Shown: positions 40,111 through 48,100 of the stretch, one piece after another
Position numbering within the stretch: position 1 is the first letter of the stretch
Layout: each line of letters starts with the position of its first letter
Virus record (IMG/VR): IMGVR_UViG_3300020419_000004
Reading direction: 5' to 3' (one strand)
DNA length: 64,000 nucleotides
Source of the DNA: a virus
Made by a program: the position numbers and the translations under genes
Notes under the pieces: model-generated
Told to the model about the DNA's origin: nothing
The model's input: the letters and a program-made list of their open reading frames with translations, nothing else
Database searches by the model: none

Positions 40111-40265
40111 TGAGCGAACAAAACACAGGAGATGCAAGAAAGATGTTTTTTAACACAGACCTTGCATCAAAGATAAAGCAAGATCAACAGGATGTAACTA
40201 TTGAAAACCTTAAGGCAGAAATCACTGCCATGAAGAATAGGATTACTGCTCTAGAAAATGCCTGA
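40110..40265 (+). CDS. 51-aa coiled-coil protein (start revised to ATG 40110)
   Basis: TAATG coupling with the upstream stop; MSEQNTG...IENLKAEITAMKNRITALENA. Confidence 0.7.
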   Translation: MSEQNTGDARKMFFNTDLASKIKQDQQDVTIENLKAEITAMKNRITALENA

Positions 40266-41193
40266 TAACAAACTCTACATAGAAGAAAAACTTTTTGATG
40301 TTGAATGGAAGAAAAGAATTCCATCCGATCTTATTGAGGATGAGGATTTCCTACGTCCAAAATACGAACCGCAGCATCCACTAGAACTTGAGACTAAGAA
40401 GTTTATAAAAGATAAAGAACGTATCAAGGAAGGTTTCATCTATATGATGATCCACGAAGATGCTCTTAGAACTGCTGGTATCAAACCACACGAGACATCA
40501 TACTTTACGTTGTTCAATTTTTATAACGTCTCAACCATCAAGATGAACAAACTTGTGTTCGAGACTGTAAAGTCTACCTTCAGAAGGTACGTTGAACTTG
40601 ATGAAAAAGAATTCACTACTGGAGTTAAGTTCCAAGGTGAGATACGCTCACACTTCAAAGACTATGAAGCTGTGATGCAAGATGATGGATCCTTAGACTA
40701 TGAGAAGGTAAAGAAAAAGACTGTACCTGAACATATAAATCTTGCTGTACAGTTCATGAAGAAGCAAGCAATCTTAGTTATTGAACATGAGTTTGATCTT
40801 AGGTTCAAGAACTTTAAGAACTGCTGTGACGTAGAGTCTGAGAGTTGGGTATACCAACTTGAAGAAGCAAGAAAATACAAGGAGAGTGAGGAAGCTAAAA
40901 CTCCTTTCCTAGATATATTATGCATGACAAGAGGTATGCAGAAGGCAGAACTTGTAAAAAGGGTTCTCAAAAACCATGATAAATACCTTATAGATTACGC
41001 CTCATTATTAGGCAAATATCATGCGATACGTTCCCAGTTTAGAAACTGTGAAAATATGTGGGATATGAACATCTTGTACGAAGACTACTTGAATGTTGGT
41101 ATGCCAATCAAGCAAGGTCAGAAACTTGGCCGAATTGATGAAAATGAAAAGCGACTTGATGGAGATTTAGCATATGGCACTTTCGGATTCTGA
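40258..41193 (+). CDS. Putative tail-fibre assembly chaperone-like protein
   Basis: 311 aa; C-terminal half ESW..Q..EA......TPFL..L...RG.....LV..V......Y......LLGK resembles fibre-assembly proteins of other tailed phages (recalled pattern, not searched). Confidence 0.55.
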   Translation: MPDNKLYIEEKLFDVEWKKRIPSDLIEDEDFLRPKYEPQHPLELETKKFIKDKERIKEGFIYMMIHEDALRTAGIKPHETSYFTLFNFYNVSTIKMNKLVFETVKSTFRRYVELDEKEFTTGVKFQGEIRSHFKDYEAVMQDDGSLDYEKVKKKTVPEHINLAVQFMKKQAILVIEHEFDLRFKNFKNCCDVESESWVYQLEEARKYKESEEAKTPFLDILCMTRGMQKAELVKRVLKNHDKYLIDYASLLGKYHAIRSQFRNCENMWDMNILYEDYLNVGMPIKQGQKLGRIDENEKRLDGDLAYGTFGF

Positions 41194-41974
41194 TGCACTC
41201 TGTAGGCAAAACCTAGAAGGAAATAAAAAGACTTGGGTTGAAGCTGCTTACAAATTAGAAGGCGGTCAGTCGAAATACCAAAACCAGAATTTTGTAGTTG
41301 GTTCACAAATAACACCATATAAGAAAGTGCAGCAAGCACTTCTCGAACTCCAGACGAGGGATAATACTCGTGTGGAAGTGGAGTATAGTCTTAAGAAAAA
41401 CGAGATCAATAGACGGATGTTGTTGAGAGACTTGAATGCAACTGAAGATGACCTTGAACAAGAACTGATACAACTAGAAATAGATAAGTCAGATTATGAC
41501 AGATCTCTATTCGTAGAGAAACTAAAGACAGTCAACAAAGAAATGGATGTCTTTATAGCAGAACTTGAAGAGAATGTAGATAGATCAAAAGGTATAGAGT
41601 ACTATCTTGTTACCAATGAGGAAGAAGATAGGAAGTACTGGCAGAGTAGAATGGCAAAACAGGCTGCATGTGATATAATTGCATTTGGTCGTCTTGGTGC
41701 AGGTAACATGGATTCAATTATGAATCTACCTGAGCAAGATCAAGTCAACATCCTATCTGGTGCAGTACATCATTCTGCACTGATAGGTGCAGGTGTCCAA
41801 CACATGACACAGCAAATGGAGGGTACCTGCAATGGTCTCCTCAATGGTGATAAGTTCTCACCACCACAAATTAATGGTTCGGAATTAACTGACCGCCTCC
41901 CAGAGGTGCCCACATTACCTGAAGTGAAACATGAAATCCCCAAAGAGAAAATCCGTCTTCAGTCTTCCAATTAA
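41174..41974 (+). CDS. Hypothetical helical/coiled-coil protein
   Basis: 266 aa; GGAG RBS; SKYQNQNFVV...TPYKKVQQALLEL and YWQSRMAKQA...GNMDSI motifs. Confidence 0.75.
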   Translation: MALSDSDALCRQNLEGNKKTWVEAAYKLEGGQSKYQNQNFVVGSQITPYKKVQQALLELQTRDNTRVEVEYSLKKNEINRRMLLRDLNATEDDLEQELIQLEIDKSDYDRSLFVEKLKTVNKEMDVFIAELEENVDRSKGIEYYLVTNEEEDRKYWQSRMAKQAACDIIAFGRLGAGNMDSIMNLPEQDQVNILSGAVHHSALIGAGVQHMTQQMEGTCNGLLNGDKFSPPQINGSELTDRLPEVPTLPEVKHEIPKEKIRLQSSN

Positions 41975-43694
41975 TCCTAAGATTGATTCCAAGTATGCAG
42001 ACACGGTTTTTGTACCTTGGTTGAAGACATATAAAGATTATATTAGCGACTTATATTTTACCTGTCGTATGCCACCATTCACCCAAGACTCAATGGGTGA
42101 TGTATTTCAAGGTGATGTAAGGCAATTGTATTATAATGCGAAAGCAATATCAGAAGATGCTGGTGACATACCACTGTCTGCTACATTCAATAACATATAC
42201 ATTAGACCAGACCTAGAAAATCTAGACCTGTTCGTAAAGAACTTTGGTCAGTTGTATGATCAAGGTATCAAGATTGCAACCATACCACACACCAGTTGGG
42301 TTAGCACTGGTATATTACAGAAAGAATTTCCAGAACTAAAGATCAAGAATACTATACTTAGGAATGTCACAAAGGCAAATGAAGTAGTAGCTCTTGCTAA
42401 GGCAGGTTTTCATTACATCAATCTAGATAGAGATTTGATGAGAGATAAGGAAGCGTTGAAGAAGATAAAGAAAGCAAAGGAATATTGTGCTGAGATAGGT
42501 AAACCTGTAGAGTTATCCATTCTAACTAACGAGGGTTGTTGGGGTGGTTGCTCTATGATGGATGAGCATTACCATTTTAATAATACAAGGACAGAGATGA
42601 CCCCTCAGTATTTTAATGATCCTATCAGTACCCACTCTTGTTCACTATGGGATATAGAAGATAACTCTCATGCTCTAAAGTCAGCTAACCTACCTCCTTG
42701 GAGAGAGGATTGGGAAGAGTTCTTAGACCTAGGTATAGATGTATTCAAGATGCATGGTAGAGAAAATGCCATGAAACTAATGGAATCTATGCAAATGATA
42801 GAAGCATGGGCATCTGAAAATGAATTGGTAACAGGTGAATTTAAGGAGTACATGGAAGATCTTGCAGTACCAGATAGTCCTATTGCTCTATGGAGAGAAA
42901 AGATAAAGACATGTGGTTTTGACTGTTGGGATTGTAACTATTGTGAGAACGTTGTCAATGCACACCTCAAGAAACAAGGTAGACCAACTACAGTTGATGA
43001 TTATACTCAGAGAGTATTGGATGCTATAATCGCTGGCAATACCAACACATCTAATTTTGTACCAGACAAATATAGTATTCAAGGACTGTCCTCCAATAGG
43101 ATAAGACATTTCCTTAATAGTCTTTGTTCTCATGATGATGCAGTCTATCTTGAACTTGGTACCTTCATTGGTAGTACGTTCTTTGCTGCTACCATGGGTA
43201 ATAAAGCAAAGTGTTTTGGTGTAGATGACTTCTCAGAACCCAATGTTAAACCTATAGTTGATCGTGGTCAGTGGACTGAGTGTGGTAATCCATACGATAC
43301 CTTAGTTACTAACTGGAAAAAGTATGAGAATGGTAATGCTACATTTGTTAAAGCAAGTGTGGACGAACTAACTGAAGAAGACTTTGAAGGTAGTAAACCC
43401 AACATCTTGTTTTATGACGCAGATCATGATATGATGCAACAGATGAACAATCTTAATCATCTGCTACCCTTCATGGATGACAAGTTCATACTTGTTGTTG
43501 ACGATGCCAACTTTGATGGTGTTGTAGAGGGAGCAGTAACATGGGCTCAAGAGAACAACTTACAGTGTTACCTTGAAAGAAAGATCCTAAGTAGTGTCAT
43601 AGAAAGTCCAGTCCACTGGTGGAATGGAATTCATGTTATGGTTTTACAAAAGGACGCAAGAGTAAAAGAATACATTAGTGGGAACGGATTATGA
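41931..43694 (+). CDS. U32-family (Fe-S hydroxylase-like) domain fused to a class I SAM methyltransferase
   Basis: 587 aa; SDLYF, INLDRDLMR, LTNEGCWGGC, GIDVFKMHGRE and Cx3Cx2Cx2C (42912-42944), then YLELGTFIGST, ILFYDADH and ILVVDDAN. Confidence 0.75.
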   Translation: MKSPKRKSVFSLPINPKIDSKYADTVFVPWLKTYKDYISDLYFTCRMPPFTQDSMGDVFQGDVRQLYYNAKAISEDAGDIPLSATFNNIYIRPDLENLDLFVKNFGQLYDQGIKIATIPHTSWVSTGILQKEFPELKIKNTILRNVTKANEVVALAKAGFHYINLDRDLMRDKEALKKIKKAKEYCAEIGKPVELSILTNEGCWGGCSMMDEHYHFNNTRTEMTPQYFNDPISTHSCSLWDIEDNSHALKSANLPPWREDWEEFLDLGIDVFKMHGRENAMKLMESMQMIEAWASENELVTGEFKEYMEDLAVPDSPIALWREKIKTCGFDCWDCNYCENVVNAHLKKQGRPTTVDDYTQRVLDAIIAGNTNTSNFVPDKYSIQGLSSNRIRHFLNSLCSHDDAVYLELGTFIGSTFFAATMGNKAKCFGVDDFSEPNVKPIVDRGQWTECGNPYDTLVTNWKKYENGNATFVKASVDELTEEDFEGSKPNILFYDADHDMMQQMNNLNHLLPFMDDKFILVVDDANFDGVVEGAVTWAQENNLQCYLERKILSSVIESPVHWWNGIHVMVLQKDARVKEYISGNGL

Positions 43695-43768
43695 GTGCAT
43701 GGTATGTTATAGGTTGGACTATAGTTACACTATGGTTACTGACTAAGTTAGGTGTATTTAAAAAATGA
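43691..43768 (+). CDS. 25-aa hydrophobic micro-protein (not in ORF track)
   Basis: MSAWYVIGWTIVTLWLLTKLGVFKK; exactly fills the gap with ATGA overlaps to both neighbours. Confidence 0.7.
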   Translation: MSAWYVIGWTIVTLWLLTKLGVFKK

Positions 43769-44475
43769 AGGTAATAAATCCTGAGTTATTGCAAACTCAT
43801 CACCCTAAGGACTGGGAGATAGAGCAATTACATATTGGCAATGCAAAGAATAGGATCATTAAGATCAAAAATTTCTTTCAGAACCCAGAACAGGTAAGAG
43901 CATATGCACTAGCAACTGATTATGTTAATACAGTTGGTGGTCAATTTTCTAATCTACCTGGTTATGTGTGCAAGTTAGGACACATAGCAAATCAGTTCTA
44001 CCCTAACTTCAAGTTCTTATTGGCAACTTACTTTGAAGCTGATAAGAAGATCATGCTTCAACCAGAGTTCTCCCACTTTACATTTCAAATGTATGAGGTA
44101 CAGGAGAAATGTAGGATGTGTAGTCTAGCACCGCATACTGATGACACTCACTATGCTGCTGTTCTATCATTAAATTTCGATGAAGAGTTGATGGAGACTT
44201 CATCGGGCACTGCATTCTGGAGAAGTAAAGAGTTCAAAGAGGAGTATGTCTCCTCTGACAAGAACTATAGAACTTCTAGACTAGCTAACAAAGTCAATGC
44301 CTTTGTTAATTTTGACCCATCACAATACAAAACTAAAGACTGGGAGAGGTATCATGTTGAGAAGCATGAATTCAATTCTCTGCTAGTATATGAAGGAAGA
44401 CTATGGCATTCACCATACTTTCAACAAAGTGGATGGGATACAAACCGTCTAACCTTCAATGCATTTCTGCACTAA
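43765..44475 (+). CDS. 2OG-Fe(II) oxygenase-like protein (DUF6445-like)
   Basis: 236 aa; HxD (PHTD, 44134), distal His (WHSP, 44407) and the 2OG-binding-type Arg (NRLTF, 44446); N-terminal IKNFFQNPEQVR. Confidence 0.75.
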   Translation: MKVINPELLQTHHPKDWEIEQLHIGNAKNRIIKIKNFFQNPEQVRAYALATDYVNTVGGQFSNLPGYVCKLGHIANQFYPNFKFLLATYFEADKKIMLQPEFSHFTFQMYEVQEKCRMCSLAPHTDDTHYAAVLSLNFDEELMETSSGTAFWRSKEFKEEYVSSDKNYRTSRLANKVNAFVNFDPSQYKTKDWERYHVEKHEFNSLLVYEGRLWHSPYFQQSGWDTNRLTFNAFLH

Positions 44476-44478
44476 ATA
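44471..44478 (+). promoter_or_regulatory. Late promoter variant ACTAAATA
   Basis: Overlaps stop 44473-44475, 21 nt before ATG 44500; same variant at 45091 and 59787. Confidence 0.65.
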
Positions 44479-44499
44479 GTACACTTATCATTCTAAAAC

Positions 44500-44691
44500 A
44501 TGGACGCTGAGACAATGGTGAAGGACTTCACCGATCAATTAAAAGAACAAAAGGGAATTATCTCTGACCTTGAAAAGCAACTTAGTACTCGTAAAGAGCA
44601 AGTGCTAAGATTGGAAGGTGCTGTTGAAGCATTACAGATGACACTGAAACAACCAGAGCCAGAAACAGTAATCAATGCCCCTACAGAATAA
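44500..44691 (+). CDS. 63-aa coiled-coil protein
   Basis: Heptads LKEQKGIISDLEKQLSTRKEQVLRLEGAVEAL. Confidence 0.7.
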   Translation: MDAETMVKDFTDQLKEQKGIISDLEKQLSTRKEQVLRLEGAVEALQMTLKQPEPETVINAPTE

Positions 44692-45019
44692 AGCATCGTC
44701 AATAGGAACATCAAGTGAACTCCGTAAACAGGAGCATGCAGATTCCTATCAGTTTCATGTTGACTTTGATGGGACTATGGAAACTTGTCCCTACAAAGTA
44801 GGAGATATCTACAATGAGAGACCTATTATTGCAATAGGACTTAGTAGTAATGTCTATGGAAAGTACTATCATATTATAGTTGAAAGAGATAAGACACACC
44901 TCAGAATGAAGTTTCAATTTGACCAGAAGCACGATCTCAAGTTCGCTAAACCAGTAGAACGGATGGGTAAGCAACCTACCGAAGGAGAGATAAAGAAGTT
45001 GTTGGCTCAGACAGAATAG
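44675..45019 (+). CDS. Hypothetical protein
   Basis: 114 aa, overlaps the previous gene by 17 nt, followed by a terminator. Confidence 0.65.
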   Translation: MPLQNKASSIGTSSELRKQEHADSYQFHVDFDGTMETCPYKVGDIYNERPIIAIGLSSNVYGKYYHIIVERDKTHLRMKFQFDQKHDLKFAKPVERMGKQPTEGEIKKLLAQTE

Positions 45020-45043
45020 AAAATTCACTAATAGATTCCATTT

Positions 45044-45073
45044 TACTCGAAAAAATTTTTCGGGTATTTTTTT
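45044..45073 (+). terminator. Rho-independent terminator
   Basis: TACTCGAAAA-AAT-TTTTCGGGTA forms a 10-bp stem with one G-U pair, followed by T7. Confidence 0.75.
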
Positions 45074-45090
45074 GTCTATAGGTTTTCGAG

Positions 45091-45098
45091 ACTAAATA
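45091..45098 (+). promoter_or_regulatory. Late promoter variant ACTAAATA
   Basis: Directly after the terminator, followed by GAGGA (45104-45108) and GTG 45114. Confidence 0.7.
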
Positions 45099-45113
45099 GA
45101 TCTGAGGATAATA

Positions 45114-48100
45114 GTGTCAATACTAATGAAGCGAGTCATCGTCAGGGTAGCTGATAGATATAGTTTGGATTCAGCAGTTGCAGGAATCCTAAAAACATAT
45201 GGATATCTAACCTTTGTAACATCCTATAGAAGTTTTTCAATCATAACGTTCGATTGTCCAGAGAAGTATTCTACTGGCATGATCGAGAAGTTACGAGCTC
45301 TTTCGGTTGTCAAGAAAGTCTCATGGGATGAAGCAGATAAGTTTTCTCTTGATCCTGTAGATACAGGTGCGTTAACAGTTGAGACCAGTGGGTCAACCAG
45401 TTTAAATAATACTGGTGAAACAAACGCCCAATCAAATACTAGAAATTTAACAGGTAGTGGTGGTGGTACCATATTTGTAAAGGTGCAGAATATTTCTGGA
45501 TCTAACTACTACACCTTCTCAGCAAGTGCAGGTGGTACATACTCAAGATATAATAACCAAACTGGTTTCCTACAAGGATCCACTTATACATTTGATCAGT
45601 CAGACCCTTCAAACGCGACTCATCCATTAAGATTTTCAGTAGACCCAGACGGACCTCACACCTCTGGTGGTAGTCAAATGACTACAGGTGTTACTGTAAC
45701 TGGTACACCAGGTCAGGCAGGTGCACAAGTAGAAATAGTTATTGGTACATCTACACCATCTATTCTTTATTACTACTGTACTGCTCACAGTGGAATGGGA
45801 CGATATGGTGCTGCTCCAGATAGGTTTGGTACAATCAACGTTCATGACTATTGGCATCTAGATAGAATTTCAAAACAAGACAGGCAATATTTAAACGGAC
45901 AGTTTAGTTTCAGTCATTCAGGAGACGGTGTAGATATCTACGTTCTTGACACAGGTGTGCGTGGAGCAAGTAGACCAACAGGTAACAACGCAGCTCTTCA
46001 CCCTGAGTTATACGATCCAGACTTCGTATCTGACTTGAATGGTACTTCAGAGCAACAGAACTATAGGGTATACGAGGTTACTGGATACACAAGTCCATAT
46101 AGTACTAACGAAGATGACAACGGACACGGTACATATTGTGCAATTATGTCAGCTGGAAGAACGGCTGGTATAAGTAGGAACGCCAAAATCTATGCACTTA
46201 AGTGTTTTAACAGTGGGTTATCAGGTAGCTATACTGATATCCTAGGTGCTTATCAGGCAGTCATAGATCATAATGATAGTGGTAATGCCAATTATAAAGG
46301 TAATAATCGTCCAGCTGTAATCAACTCATCATTCGGACCTACCATTCCTACAGAGTCATATCCATATGTCGAACTAAACGACAGTGGTGATGACAGTGGT
46401 ACTGACGAAGAGATCCTAGATGACATCGAGGGTACTATTGCTGGTACAAAAAATCTGATTATAGTCAGGTCAGCTGGTAACGGTTTTAAGAATTCTAGTG
46501 ATGGATTTGCAGGACCTATACAAGGTAAGATGATTGCAGGTACTAGAACTGCAGGTTATTCTGACAATACTAATGGTGGTGTCAACTATACAGATACCAA
46601 CCAGAATAAGATCGCTGTTGGTGCATCTGAATATAATGACAGGTGGGCAGACTTCTCTAACTATGGTGCAGGTGTAACTACAGTAGCACCAGGTGCCAGA
46701 TTGCTTACACCAGCATATGACTGGACTGCTAATACTCCATATACAAGTGCTGCAAACTATCAGACGATTGCAGGTACATCATTCTCAGGTCCTTTAGTTG
46801 CAGGTATCATTGCTGCATGGTGTGGGAAGAATGGATATACGTTAACTACAAATAATTTACCTGGTCTTGCTAAGACCTTTATGAGAACTGGTGGAGTCAC
46901 TGGAGATATAACAAGAGGTGCAACAGCAAACTATCCTACTAATAGTATTGATGATAAAAGACTTATAGACAACCCATATGAAACTTTAGCTGGATCCTCA
47001 TTCCTTGTAGTTAAGTTTGATCCTGCAGACAACTCACACTTCATAGGTAACGTAGGTAAAAAATGTCAGTTAAGAGCAACTGGATCTACTGCAGGTGCTG
47101 GTGGAACTGCTGCTTCAACATTTAATATAACAACGACTGCACCTAGTTCGTCATACTACACCCTAAGTGGAACTGATAGAAATGGTGCTGTTAGTGGTAA
47201 CAATGCAGGTGTCACTGTCTATGTTGGGGATACTATTAATTTCAATCTATCATCTGTCAGTGGTTCTCATCCATTCTATATCAAGAGTGTACAAGGAACT
47301 GGAACTGGTAATCAAGTATCCACACCAACTGCTACTGGACAAGGATCTACAGGAACCACAACAGTATCATGGGTACCAAATACAGTAGGAACATACTACT
47401 ATCAATGCTCTGCACACAATGGAATGAATGGAACTATCACAGTTTCATCTGCACCTGGTGGTAGTGGTGGAGTTACCGTTGGTGGTATAGATGTATCTGG
47501 ATTAGCACAAAGTGGATGGTTAACTATTCAGGCAGAGAATGCTGTCAATAATACTATCACGGTTCAGAACACAACTAATGCTACAGCTGGTACAACTGGT
47601 GGTGGTACTGGAAACTATCTTGCACTTGTAGATCCTGAAAGTAAAACACATGAAAGTATTGATGGTGTTGTTTCTAGATCAGTAACTTTAAGATCTCAAA
47701 CCGACACACAGGAAGCTGCAGGTACTGGTACATATACTAATGTAGTTTACTATCCATTAGATAGTGGTGTTGACTTTGACTATTCAGGAACAGGTCCTTC
47801 ACTAACCACTAAGCGTGGTGCATTCTTCCCCTTTGTTGATACCAATGTAACTTGGGCAACTGGTGCAGGTAGTATTGGTGGTCCATTTGCTAATGGTGCT
47901 TCTGTAAGTATTGACTTAGGTTTGACTGGTACAACCTTTGCATCAGAACCAACGTTTGAAGCATATACTCTCAGTGGAGATAGTATTGCAGCGTCTGGAC
48001 TAGGATTAGATACTGCAACAGGTATTTTAAGTGGAACAGTTACAGCAGATTATCTTGACACATCATTCAACTTCACTGTAACTGAGAACACTACAGGAAA

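Noticed and set aside
40978-40985. GATAAATA inside the 311-aa gene as an internal late promoter
   Set aside because: About 190 nt from the next start and explained by codons D-K-Y; cannot be supported without TSS data.
41931-43694. Annotation as U32 'collagenase/peptidase'
   Set aside because: Characterised U32 members are Fe-S hydroxylation proteins. The Cys clusters and methyltransferase fusion fit that role better, and no protease catalytic motif is visible.
43691-43768. 25-aa peptide as a photosynthetic small subunit (PetN/PetL/PsaM-like)
   Set aside because: Only size and hydrophobicity match; I see no shared signature residues.
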